A stretch of DNA of 64,000 nt from positions 128,001 to 192,000 of the forward strand of contig JBNKHE010000005.1 of assembly GCA_050290185.1 (NCBI GenBank). The letters run 5' to 3'. This DNA comes from Pontiella sp. (GTDB taxonomy: Bacteria; Verrucomicrobiota; Kiritimatiellia; Kiritimatiellales; Pontiellaceae). The notes under the pieces were generated by a model. The model ran no database searches. It was not told where the DNA came from and saw only the letters and a list, made by a program, of their open reading frames with translations. The translations under genes were made by a program, and so were the position numbers. Each line of letters starts with the position of its first letter. Within the stretch, counting starts at the first letter, position 1. Positions 20,127 through 29,799 of the stretch are shown in pieces.

Positions 20127-21398
20127 ATGAAAACCAAGGCAGTCAGACTTTACGGCGAGAAAGATTTGCGGTTGGAGGAGTTCGAACTTCCGGCCATCGG
20201 TGAAAACGAAATCCTTGCCAAGATCGTATCCGATTCCATCTGCATGTCGTCCTACAAGGCGGCGTCGCAGGGCATCAAGCACAAGCGCATTCCTGACAAT
20301 GTGGCGGACGAGCCGATCATTATCGGGCACGAGTTCTGCGGCGAGATCGTGGAGGTCGGCAGCAAATGGGCGGATCAGTTCACGGCAGGCGACAAGTTTT
20401 CGATCCAGCCCGCGATCAACTATAAAAATGGCCCCGTAGGCATTCTTTCGGCGCCGGGCTATTCGTACCAATACATCGGCGGCGATTCGCAATATGTCAT
20501 CATTCCCGCCGAGGTCATGGCGCAGGATTGCCTGTTGCCGTTCAACGGCGAAGCCTACTATCACGGTTCGCTGGCCGAACCGATGTCCTGCATCGTGGGC
20601 GGCTTCCACGCCAACTACCACACCAAGCCCGGCAGCTATGTCCACGAAATGGGCATCGTTGAGGGCGGTGCGATGGCGTTGCTCGCCGGCGTTGGCCCAA
20701 TGGGGCTGGGCGCGATCGACTATGCGATCCACTGCGACCGCAAGCCGGGGCTGCTGGTGGTCACCGATATCGACAATGCCCGACTGGAACGTGCCGCATC
20801 GATCTACACGGTTGAAGAAGCCAGGGCCAACGGCGTTGAGCTGATCTATGTCAATACGGCGGAAGAAAGCCATGGCGTGGACTACCTGAAGTCGCTTACT
20901 CCTAAGGGTGAGGGCTTCAACGACGTCTTCGTGTATGCTCCGGTTCGCCCCGTGATCGAGCAGGCTGATAAGCTGCTGGCGTTCGATGGCTGTCTGAATT
21001 TCTTTGCCGGCCCGACCGATCCCGCTTTTTCGGCCGAGTTCAACTTCTACAACGTTCATTATGCTGCCACGCACGTGGTCGGTACAAGCGGCGGCAACAC
21101 CGATGATATGATCGAGTCGCTGAAAATGATGGAAGAGGGGCGCCTGAACCCGTCCACCATGATCACGCACGTTGGCGGTCTCGATGCGGTAATCGATACC
21201 ACCCTGAATCTGCCGAATATTCCGGGTGGCAAGAAGCTGGTCTATAACAATGTCAGCATGCCGCTGGTGGCGCTGAATGATCTGAAGGGCTTGGCCGGCG
21301 AATTCTATCAGGGCCTGGCCGCGATCGTTGAAAAACACAATGGCCTGTGGAGCCCGGAAGCCGAGCAATACCTATTGGCCAACGCGCCGGCGATTTAA
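20127..21398 (+). CDS. Zn-dependent MDR, L-sorbose-1-phosphate reductase (SorE)-like
   Basis: SDSICMSSYKA, GHEF, GVGPMGLGAIDY, NFFAGPTD and VGTSGG match the SorE-type subfamily. Confidence 0.85.
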   Translation: MKTKAVRLYGEKDLRLEEFELPAIGENEILAKIVSDSICMSSYKAASQGIKHKRIPDNVADEPIIIGHEFCGEIVEVGSKWADQFTAGDKFSIQPAINYKNGPVGILSAPGYSYQYIGGDSQYVIIPAEVMAQDCLLPFNGEAYYHGSLAEPMSCIVGGFHANYHTKPGSYVHEMGIVEGGAMALLAGVGPMGLGAIDYAIHCDRKPGLLVVTDIDNARLERAASIYTVEEARANGVELIYVNTAEESHGVDYLKSLTPKGEGFNDVFVYAPVRPVIEQADKLLAFDGCLNFFAGPTDPAFSAEFNFYNVHYAATHVVGTSGGNTDDMIESLKMMEEGRLNPSTMITHVGGLDAVIDTTLNLPNIPGGKKLVYNNVSMPLVALNDLKGLAGEFYQGLAAIVEKHNGLWSPEAEQYLLANAPAI

Positions 21399-21510
21399 AA
21401 GGGGATTGTAGGGCTGGAACGGTCACAGACCTTCAAGCCGCGGCGGGAAGGCCTTCAGCCATTCCCGCCCAACAATGTTAGCGGAAAAATCATTGAGAGG
21501 GGTTGGGACA

Positions 21511-22965
21511 ATGGCGAAGCATTATCTGGCAGTGGATCTAGGGGCATCAAGCGGACGCACCATTGTAGGAACCTTAGATGAAGGAAAGCTGACGCTCAAG
21601 GAGATGAACCGGTTCTGGAACGGTCCGACGGAAATCCGTGGCACGCTCCATTGGGATTTTGTCCATCTGTTTCGCTGTATCCAGGAAGGCATTGCTCTCG
21701 CCAAAAAGGAGTTCGGGGACGGTCTTGTTTCGATGGGAATCGATACCTGGGGCGTCGATTTTGGTTTGTTCGATGCCGACGGGAAGCTGCTTCGCAATCC
21801 GGTCAACTATCGTGACAGCCGGACCAACGGCATGTTCGAAAAGGTGTTCGAACGCGTGCCTAAGGAAGAAGTATTTGCCCAGACCGGCATCCAGTTTATG
21901 GAGATCAATACCCTCTATCAGCTGATGGCACTTTCCTTGTCGGATTCAGCCCAATACCGAATGGCCGACAAGCTGCTCTTCTCACCGGATCTGCTGGGGT
22001 ATTGGCTGACCGGCAACATGGTAGCTGAACGAAGCATCGCCAGCACCTCCCAGTTCTACAATCCGGTGACGAAAGACTGGGCATACGACCTGCTGGAAAA
22101 GTTGGGCATTCGGACCGATCTGTTTGCCGAACTAGTCGATCCCGGAACCGTGATCGGCGAAACCGATGGATTGCCGGTGGTAGCGGTCGGCGGACACGAC
22201 ACCGCCAGCGCCTTTGCGGCCGTGCCGGTTTCCGAGGGGGAACATTGCGCCTTTCTTAGTTCCGGCACCTGGTCTCTGCTTGGAACGGAGCTGACCGAGC
22301 CTGTCATTAACGAAGGATCACTAGCGGCCAACTTTACCAACGAGGTCGGCGTATGCGGTACCATCCGTTTCCTGAAGAACCTTTCCGGCCTGTGGATTAT
22401 CCAGGAGCTGCGCCGGGTTTGGAACGAACAGGACTGCGACTATTCGTGGGCAGCCATGGAACACATGGCGCTGGAGGCCCAACCATTTGAGTTCTTCATT
22501 GATCCGAGCGATGAGGGATTCCTTGCCCCGGGCGATATGCCATCACGGATCCAGGACTACTGCGAACACACGGGGCAGGGGCGTCCTGAAACCCATGCAC
22601 AGATCCTGCGCGCCGCCTATGAAGGGCTGGCCTTGCTTTATGCGGATGTCTACGAATCGCTCGAAACCCTGTCAGGCCGCAAACTGGACATATTGCGCAT
22701 CGTAGGCGGCGGATGCAAGGATACCTTGCTCAATCAGCTGGCTGCCAACGCCACCGGTCGCAAGGTCGTAACCGGCCCGACCGAGGCCACGGCAACGGGC
22801 AATCTGATTGTCCAGATGTTGGCGATGGGGGACATCCAATCGCTCGATGACGGGCGTGAAATCATCCGTAACTCCTTCGCCGGGGAAACGAAGGAGTTCA
22901 TCCCTCAGAATACCGATGCATGGCAAGCCGCACGGGTGAACTGGCGGGCATTGGTCGGAAAGTAG
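21511..22965 (+). CDS. FGGY sugar kinase, rhamnulokinase (RhaB)-like
   Basis: AVDLGASSGR, GIDTWGVDF, HDTASA, SSGTWSLLG and VGGG motifs. Confidence 0.88.
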   Translation: MAKHYLAVDLGASSGRTIVGTLDEGKLTLKEMNRFWNGPTEIRGTLHWDFVHLFRCIQEGIALAKKEFGDGLVSMGIDTWGVDFGLFDADGKLLRNPVNYRDSRTNGMFEKVFERVPKEEVFAQTGIQFMEINTLYQLMALSLSDSAQYRMADKLLFSPDLLGYWLTGNMVAERSIASTSQFYNPVTKDWAYDLLEKLGIRTDLFAELVDPGTVIGETDGLPVVAVGGHDTASAFAAVPVSEGEHCAFLSSGTWSLLGTELTEPVINEGSLAANFTNEVGVCGTIRFLKNLSGLWIIQELRRVWNEQDCDYSWAAMEHMALEAQPFEFFIDPSDEGFLAPGDMPSRIQDYCEHTGQGRPETHAQILRAAYEGLALLYADVYESLETLSGRKLDILRIVGGGCKDTLLNQLAANATGRKVVTGPTEATATGNLIVQMLAMGDIQSLDDGREIIRNSFAGETKEFIPQNTDAWQAARVNWRALVGK

Positions 22966-23124
22966 CCAAGTATGATCCAATTCGTCCTGGAAATATGGAG
23001 CTCAACGCTTCTTGTGTGGAACTACGGGGGACAATATCCATGCAAATGAGCCGAGTAATTTGATCGTTACGGGGAACGAACTCATGCGCTCCACTCAAAG
23101 GTTTTAAAGGACCATCGACCGCAA

Positions 23125-24465
23125 TTAGAAAGTGCCCATCGGTTTTTTGTCTGCATTAATTGCTGTTCCGAATACAGGCCCGTCCAGCGTCATCTCCCTA
23201 GGGTCAAGTTCCATCTTCGATACAAGTTTCTCGTCCACCGGAGTGGTTTTGAATATGGGGAGAACCGGGCGAGGGCCCGCATCGGATTCAACCATTTTAT
23301 AGCTTACTCCCTGCTTTTCGATGAGCAGTCGGCTAGCGAAGAATCCGCCCGGAAATTCTCCAATTAGGATGTCAACATCCACGGGTTGACCTTTTCTCAG
23401 TCTTACCCAGTCACCAATAACCAAACGCGATGCCAAAGACATGTAGCTGCCTTTAGGGTCGAAATTCTCGCCATCGATTTTAACCTGGCCCAAGGTATAA
23501 CCCCAGCTAACATCGCTGTCATAGCCACCTAGGTCTTCAATCTGCGAGAAGATGTCCATGAAGTCAGCACCCTTTACGCTCCCATAATTTTTCTGATTAA
23601 TAGGAAACCTATAGCTGTCGTCATTGTCGCTTTTCCAGAATGACACTTGTCCGATTAGCTCTGGCCAGCTGGCATCCAGTACCACCCGTTTTCCAACGCG
23701 GACGATCAGAATATCATCTCCGATTCCGCAGAAACGATAGCTTCCGGTTTCCGGGGCGGCAATCTGTCCCTTGTAATGGCAAATCCAATATTTACCCTGA
23801 ACCTTGTCATCAACACCGAAGGCCTCGGGAGCAGCTTCAGCGGCCATAGGCGGCATTATAAACGAGGTTGAGTATTTCAGTTTGGGTGCCTTGAAGAAGT
23901 CCTTGAGACGCCTTTCGCTAAAACCGGAACCGACGAATCCCTTGATGACCTTGCACGCAAGAACTTGAGTATCAGGACTGTATGAATTTTCCTCGGCCAA
24001 TTCCCCGATCTTAGTCAGTTCACCATCTTGGTCTTGTTTTAGGTCGTAAAAGGTACCGATGAATTCGTTACCTGTGCCTCTGCTGCTCCCAAAGAGGTCC
24101 AAATCAAATCCGAATCCCAGTCCTCCAAGTCCATCACCTTGTCCATATCCCGTGCCTCCGGGTACGCCGATGATTTCCGGCATCTGGATGTTTACGTCCT
24201 TGTATTTTGGCTTCGTTACAATGGTGTGGCGCAACTTTGGGGCCTGGGCTTTTTTCTCCTTAACGGGCACCTGCAGTTTCTTAAGCTTCATCTTGGGACG
24301 TTTGACTGCCGTGGCCTCAAAGATCTGCTCGGGTTTGACATATACCTGTACAGCGACAAAGGTGAGCGCAACGACAATAAACACAATATGTATAATGACG
24401 CTCACCACCAAAGCACTCGATTTTTTGTGGTTCAGGAAAAAAAACTTTTTCTTTTGTTCGCTCAT
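23125..24465 (-). CDS. Membrane-anchored hypothetical protein with PA14-like domain (paralog 1)
   Basis: N-terminal TM with SVIIH; K/P-rich and Gly-rich linker; HYKGQIAAPETGSYRFCGIGDD resembles PA14. Confidence 0.7.
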   Translation of the reverse strand: MSEQKKKFFFLNHKKSSALVVSVIIHIVFIVVALTFVAVQVYVKPEQIFEATAVKRPKMKLKKLQVPVKEKKAQAPKLRHTIVTKPKYKDVNIQMPEIIGVPGGTGYGQGDGLGGLGFGFDLDLFGSSRGTGNEFIGTFYDLKQDQDGELTKIGELAEENSYSPDTQVLACKVIKGFVGSGFSERRLKDFFKAPKLKYSTSFIMPPMAAEAAPEAFGVDDKVQGKYWICHYKGQIAAPETGSYRFCGIGDDILIVRVGKRVVLDASWPELIGQVSFWKSDNDDSYRFPINQKNYGSVKGADFMDIFSQIEDLGGYDSDVSWGYTLGQVKIDGENFDPKGSYMSLASRLVIGDWVRLRKGQPVDVDILIGEFPGGFFASRLLIEKQGVSYKMVESDAGPRPVLPIFKTTPVDEKLVSKMELDPREMTLDGPVFGTAINADKKPMGTF

Positions 24466-24654
24466 GTTCTATCGCCCCGGATTGTTCTTTATTCGTTTAG
24501 TAATTCAACTTTGCATTCCACATATGAAGGGTACTTTCATATATAGCAGACTCCTTACGCGCTTAAAACTAAAAAAGGTTAATGGCTATCGGGTATTTGG
24601 ACTTCACCATCAATCGATGGCGACCTCTTTAAGAGACAAAGGATCGGCTATTTA

Positions 24655-25977
24655 TTAGAATGCGCCCAAGGCCTTTTTCTTGCCATTAATACCTACGCCG
24701 AAGACAGGACCGTCCAGCGTTGCATGGTTTGAATCAATTTTCATTTGTCCGGCCAGTTTTTCATCAATCTCGGTTGTTTTGAATACCGGCAGGACCGGTC
24801 GGGGACCGGCATCGGATGGCACCATCTTATAGTGTTTGCCTTCCTGCTCGATCATGAGCCGGCACATGAAACTTCCACCTGGGATTTCGCCGATCAGAAT
24901 ATCAATATCGACCGCTTGCCCTTTCCTCAGGGTGAACCAGTCTCCATACACCATGCGGCAGGCCAGTTTCCACGAGTCGACGGCAAAGGGCTCACCATTT
25001 ACACGGATATCCTTGATCGCCTCATAAAACTGTCTGGAGCCATTCCATCCACCGAGATCCTCAATCTGTGAATAGATGTCCTTGAAATTGATGCCATCGA
25101 TCAAAGCACGATCCAAAGGAAACAAGCGGTTCTGGTCTGATTTGCTCAGCCAATCGGACATTAGCTTGATATGTTCCGCCCAGCAGGCATCGAGAACCAT
25201 TCGACGTCCCACTCGTACGAACAGCACATCGTCGCCCAATCCGCAAAAACGGTAGCGGCCACTTTCCGGCGCAGCAATTTGGCCTTTGTAGTGACATACC
25301 CAGTAACTGGGTTTCACCTGATCTTCTACGCCAAAGGCTTCCGGGGCCGCGTTGGCATCAATTGGCGGCATCATCAGTGCCGTAGCATACTTTAGTTTGG
25401 GGCCTTTGAAGTAACCGTTGAGTCGCCCTTCATTAAAGCCGGAGCCGACGAAGCCCTTGATAACCTTATACAAGGCCTCTTTCGCATGGTTCTTGTTCTT
25501 ATCCTGCACCGCCTTCCCGATATCCGTCAGGTCTCCATCCGGCTCCTGCTTAAGGTCATAGAAGGTTCCGATCAGCTCGTTTCCCGAGCCCCGGCTACCA
25601 CCGAACAGATCCAGATCAAAATTGAAACCCAACCCTCCAAGTCCATCACCTTTTCCGTATCCCGTGCCTCCGGGTACGCCGATGATTTCCGGCATCTGGA
25701 TGTTTACGTCCTTGTATTTGGGTTTCGTTACAATGGTGTGGCGCAACTTGGGGGCCTGGACTTTTTTCTCCTTAACGGGCACCTGAAGTTTCTTAAGCTT
25801 CATCTTGGGACGTTTGACATCCGTGGCCTCAAAGGTCTGCTCGGGTTTGACATACACCTGTACCGCAACAAAGGTGAGCGCTACGACAATGAACACAATA
25901 TGTATAACGACGCTCACCACCAAAGCGCTCGACTTTTTGTGGTTCAGGAAAAAAAATCTCTTCTTTCGTTCGCTCAT
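24655..25977 (-). CDS. Membrane-anchored hypothetical protein with PA14-like domain (paralog 2)
   Basis: Same architecture as 23125-24465; the 5' ~340 nt are nearly identical. Confidence 0.7.
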   Translation of the reverse strand: MSERKKRFFFLNHKKSSALVVSVVIHIVFIVVALTFVAVQVYVKPEQTFEATDVKRPKMKLKKLQVPVKEKKVQAPKLRHTIVTKPKYKDVNIQMPEIIGVPGGTGYGKGDGLGGLGFNFDLDLFGGSRGSGNELIGTFYDLKQEPDGDLTDIGKAVQDKNKNHAKEALYKVIKGFVGSGFNEGRLNGYFKGPKLKYATALMMPPIDANAAPEAFGVEDQVKPSYWVCHYKGQIAAPESGRYRFCGLGDDVLFVRVGRRMVLDACWAEHIKLMSDWLSKSDQNRLFPLDRALIDGINFKDIYSQIEDLGGWNGSRQFYEAIKDIRVNGEPFAVDSWKLACRMVYGDWFTLRKGQAVDIDILIGEIPGGSFMCRLMIEQEGKHYKMVPSDAGPRPVLPVFKTTEIDEKLAGQMKIDSNHATLDGPVFGVGINGKKKALGAF

Positions 25978-26093
25978 GCTCAATCAACCTTTAATTTTCT
26001 TTTCATGTAGTCGACATCAACTACACCTTCTGAATCCATATAGTAAACCGCACATATATAGCGGAATAATAGCGAAGTAGAAGTCCAAACTAC

Positions 26094-27113
26094 TTAATCT
26101 ATACACCAATAGGGATAGAATTCCCTAGGTAGCCTTTTGTAGTCCGACCCCATGACCTCTTTGGGGAAATCGCGGGAATTGAGTGTATTCCAGAAGAGAA
26201 CGGATTGTCCTTCGAGCCTGCCATCAGACAGGTCCTGAAGAAGGGCCGCTGCCGTTTTCCCGGTATAGGTGTTTTCGAGATATACATTTTCGGCAACTTC
26301 GAACCGGCGGACGGCTTCCTGACTCTCGGGTGTGGGAATGCCATAGTCCAGCCCGAAGAACTCGTCTCGTATGCCAATGTCGGAATCAGAGAAGTTCATT
26401 GCGATACCCAGCTTGGCGCATAGTTCGCCGCATAGCTGGCGAATATGCTTCCGGTTCCGGAAATCCGGATCGACGACACGCACGGCTTCTATGCGCGTCG
26501 TAAGTCCTGCCAGCCTCAACCCAACCAATAGCCCCGCCAATGTTCCTCCGGTTCCCATGGGGAGATAGATGACGTCCGGCGTCATTTGCCGGGCTAATTC
26601 AAAAGCAGCGTTAACAAATCCAAGGGCACCGGTGGCATTGGTCCCTCCTGCGGGGATGATATAGGGCGAGTGGCCGTCGGCGGCTTCCCGTTCTCTCGAT
26701 AGCCGTCTCGTAACCTTGGGAAACTCCCGGTAATGCCCGCACAAGTGAAGCTCGGCACCGGCTGCCATCCCCATCAGTATGTTTTTCCGGACATGGTCGT
26801 TCGGTTCCTGTGGCGCGAGGATGGAGATGGGGTGCAGGCCAACCTGCCGACAGCAGATTGCCGTAGCCAAAGCGTGGTTGGAGCCTGCAGCTCCGTAGGT
26901 GATAACGCTTTTGCATCCCTGATCGAGAGCCTCTCCTAGCAGGAATTCGAGTTTGCGGATCTTGTTCCCTCCGTATTCAGTGCCGGAAATGTCGTCTTCC
27001 TTTATAAATAGTTCAGGGTGATGATATTGGTCAGCAATACATGCCAGCGGACTTACGGGGGTGGGTAGTTGGGCCAGCGGGACCCTGGGGAATTGGGATA
27101 GCAGTTCGTTCAT
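26094..27113 (-). CDS. PLP-dependent D-cysteine desulfhydrase / ACC deaminase family protein
   Basis: GGNKIRKLE, SNHA, GTGGTLAG and TYTGK motifs. Confidence 0.85.
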   Translation of the reverse strand: MNELLSQFPRVPLAQLPTPVSPLACIADQYHHPELFIKEDDISGTEYGGNKIRKLEFLLGEALDQGCKSVITYGAAGSNHALATAICCRQVGLHPISILAPQEPNDHVRKNILMGMAAGAELHLCGHYREFPKVTRRLSREREAADGHSPYIIPAGGTNATGALGFVNAAFELARQMTPDVIYLPMGTGGTLAGLLVGLRLAGLTTRIEAVRVVDPDFRNRKHIRQLCGELCAKLGIAMNFSDSDIGIRDEFFGLDYGIPTPESQEAVRRFEVAENVYLENTYTGKTAAALLQDLSDGRLEGQSVLFWNTLNSRDFPKEVMGSDYKRLPREFYPYWCID

Positions 27114-27258
27114 GTTTAGAAAAGTAGCAAAACTGGTCTCAACCGGAAGAAGAATCGACCGGTTCAAATATCCGTAAGTCCGTTTATTTTCGGCGTTTAA
27201 AATACCGACCAAACGGTTGCGTTTCTATTTTTATAATTTTTTTCTTCACTTCCCATGC

Positions 27259-27306
27259 TGGCAATATATTGTGCGATAGTTCTCGGGAGGGCACTACATA
27301 TTGTGC
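27259..27306. promoter_or_regulatory. Two NrdR boxes
   Basis: TGGCAATATATTGTGC (27259-27274) and GCACTACATATTGTGC (27291-27306), 32 bp apart, upstream of the RNR; both resemble acaCwAtATaTwGtgt. Confidence 0.88.
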
Positions 27307-27380
27307 TTTCAGGTTATTCGTCATAACATCTCCCTCTGATTGTGAATTCGCAAAAAGCTTTAAATGAAAGGGATAAACGC

Positions 27381-29639
27381 ATGGTAATCAAGGTAAAAAA
27401 AAGGGATGCCGCGACAGTCGACTACGATGAAACAAAAATCTTCAGCGCCATTGAAAAGGCGGTAAAAAGTGCAACTCAAACGGACGAGAATGTACCGACG
27501 CATCTTCTGACCATCGTCAAGGACATTACCTCCAAGCTCGATAATATCATCAAGGGCTACGAACAGCGCGGCATGGATGAAGTGGATGTCGAACAGATTC
27601 AGGATCTGGTAGAGCAGCAATTGATGGGAGCCGGCCTCTATGATGTGGCCCGTGCCTACATTCTCTATCGCGAAGAGCACAAGAAGGCCCGTAATCAGCG
27701 TCTCCGTCCCGATGCCTCCGCCATCCAGGACTACATGCTGGCCAGCCGCTATGCCCGATTCCTCCCCGATCTGGGCCGCCGTGAAACCTTTCCCGAAGCG
27801 GTGGGCCGCGTTCGCGACATGCACCTGCGAACCTTCCCCGCTGCCGAAGAGGATATTCGCTGGGCTTTCGATCAGGTCATTGACAAGCGTTGCCTTCCTT
27901 CCATGCGCTCCATGCAGTTTGGCGGTCCCGCCATCGAGAAGAACCATGCCCGCATGTATAACTGCACCTTTGGTATCTGTGACCGCGTCGAGTTTTTCCG
28001 CGAAGGCCTCTACCTTTTACTTTGCGGTACCGGGGTAGGATTCAGCGTTGAGTTCGAGCATGTGGAAAAGCTTCCTGAACTCGCGCAGTCTATTGACGAG
28101 AGCAATGTCGTTCACTTTTCCATCCCCGATACGATTGAAGGGTGGGCGGATGCCATGCACGAACTGATGGTCAGCTACATTGAAGGCTATCTGGTCGAGT
28201 TCAACTATTCGAAGATCCGTTCGCGGGGCAGCTCCCTGAAAACCTCCGGCGGCCGTGCACCGGGCCACGTGCCGCTGCGTCGCGCACTCGAACGTTGCCG
28301 TCATATTCTGGATACGTCGCTGGGGCGCAAGCTTAAGCCGATTGAATGCTACGACCTGATGATGCACGCCGCCGATGCGGTTATTGCCGGCGGGGTTCGC
28401 CGCAGTGCAACCATCTGTCTTTTCTCGCCGGACGACGGTGAAATGATGAACGCCAAGCGGGGCAACTGGTTTAACGAAAATCCGCAACGCGGGCGCTCCA
28501 ACAACTCTGTAAAACTGATTCGAAATGAAACCTCCAAGGCCCAGTTCCTGCGAATCTTCCAGAAACAAAAGGAGTGGGGCGAACCTGGATTCTATTTCTC
28601 CAACGATCTATCGCATGGCTGCAATCCCTGCTGCGAGATCGGATTGAATCCGCACCTTGAAGTCAAGGATGCCGATGGAAACATCACCATCGAGTCCGGC
28701 TGGCAGTTCTGCAACCTGACCGAGATCAACGGCGCAAAACTGCTTACTGAAGAAGACTTCCGGACCGCCGTGCGCGCCGCGACGATCATCGGCACGTTAC
28801 AGGCCGGCTACACCACCTTCCCGTACCTTGGTGAAACCACAGAAAAGCTTTGCTGCCGCGAAGCGCTACTGGGGGTTTCCATCACGGGTATGATGGACTC
28901 GCCAACCGTTACACTTGATCCGATCATGCAGCAGAAGATGGCTAAGTATGCCATTGAGGTGAACCGCGAGATTTCGCTCAAGATCGGCACCGAGCCGGGA
29001 GCGCGACTGACCTGTGTCAAGCCTGCGGGCTCCACCTCGCTGCTGCTGGGTACCGCCTCCGGAATTCACCCGCGTCATGCCCGCCGGTACTTCCGCCGTG
29101 TACAGGCCAACAAGACGGACCCGGTATACAAGTTTTTCAATGCACAGAACCCACACATGTGCAACGAATCCGTCTGGAGCGCCAACAAGACCGACGACGT
29201 GATTACCTTCTGTGTTGAAGCACCGGAAGAAGCGATTATCCGCAACGAAATGTCTGCCATGGACTTGCTGAAGTATGTGCACTCCACCCAACAGAACTGG
29301 GTCATTCCCGGCACGGCCCGCCCGGAATCGAATCCCGGTCTCTATCACAACGTTTCCAACACCCTTACGGTGCAGGATGGCGAGTGGGATGATGTCGCGG
29401 AATATATCTGGGAAAATCGTGCCGATTTTACCGGAATCAGCATGCTGGCGGCTTCGGGAGACAAGGCCTATGCCCAGGCTCCGCACGAAGAGGTCGTGTC
29501 TGCACAGGATGAGACGCTATGGAACGAGCTGATCTCCAAATTCCAACAAGTCGACTACACCCAGATGCATGAGAAAGACGATGCTACCAACCTGCAGGGT
29601 GAAATCGCCTGTGCCGGCGGGGCCTGCGAGTTGGTGTAG
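27381..29639 (+). CDS. nrdJ: Class II (B12-dependent) ribonucleotide reductase with N-terminal ATP cone
   Basis: ATP cone VKKRD...KIFSAI; NPCCE finger loop; CNLTEIN; TCVKPAG; C-terminal CAGGAC; no radical (beta) subunit gene nearby. Confidence 0.85.
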   Translation: MVIKVKKRDAATVDYDETKIFSAIEKAVKSATQTDENVPTHLLTIVKDITSKLDNIIKGYEQRGMDEVDVEQIQDLVEQQLMGAGLYDVARAYILYREEHKKARNQRLRPDASAIQDYMLASRYARFLPDLGRRETFPEAVGRVRDMHLRTFPAAEEDIRWAFDQVIDKRCLPSMRSMQFGGPAIEKNHARMYNCTFGICDRVEFFREGLYLLLCGTGVGFSVEFEHVEKLPELAQSIDESNVVHFSIPDTIEGWADAMHELMVSYIEGYLVEFNYSKIRSRGSSLKTSGGRAPGHVPLRRALERCRHILDTSLGRKLKPIECYDLMMHAADAVIAGGVRRSATICLFSPDDGEMMNAKRGNWFNENPQRGRSNNSVKLIRNETSKAQFLRIFQKQKEWGEPGFYFSNDLSHGCNPCCEIGLNPHLEVKDADGNITIESGWQFCNLTEINGAKLLTEEDFRTAVRAATIIGTLQAGYTTFPYLGETTEKLCCREALLGVSITGMMDSPTVTLDPIMQQKMAKYAIEVNREISLKIGTEPGARLTCVKPAGSTSLLLGTASGIHPRHARRYFRRVQANKTDPVYKFFNAQNPHMCNESVWSANKTDDVITFCVEAPEEAIIRNEMSAMDLLKYVHSTQQNWVIPGTARPESNPGLYHNVSNTLTVQDGEWDDVAEYIWENRADFTGISMLAASGDKAYAQAPHEEVVSAQDETLWNELISKFQQVDYTQMHEKDDATNLQGEIACAGGACELV

Positions 29640-29658
29640 GCACACAGCTCCGCAGGAT

Positions 29659-29695
29659 AAACGCGCTTCTTCGAAATGAGGAGGCGCGTTTTCTT
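29659..29695 (+). terminator. Intrinsic terminator after nrdJ
   Basis: AAACGCGCTTCTTC...GAGGAGGCGCGTTTTCTT. Confidence 0.75.
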
Positions 29696-29799
29696 GCTAT
29701 GGAACACCAAACGTGTTTCCTATCCGTGAAAATTTGGAGTGGCCATTCTGGTAAATCTATACCAAATTAGTGCCAATTTAATCGGGAGGCCGAATTTAG

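Noticed and set aside
23125..25977. Diversity-generating retroelement (TR/VR pair)
   Set aside because: Both copies are full ORFs, differences are mostly synonymous and not adenine-specific, the similarity is at the 5' end, and no reverse transcriptase is present.
11486..26000. Genomic island integrated at tRNA-Arg
   Set aside because: No integrase, and I noticed no duplicated tRNA 3' end; the tRNA has its own terminator.
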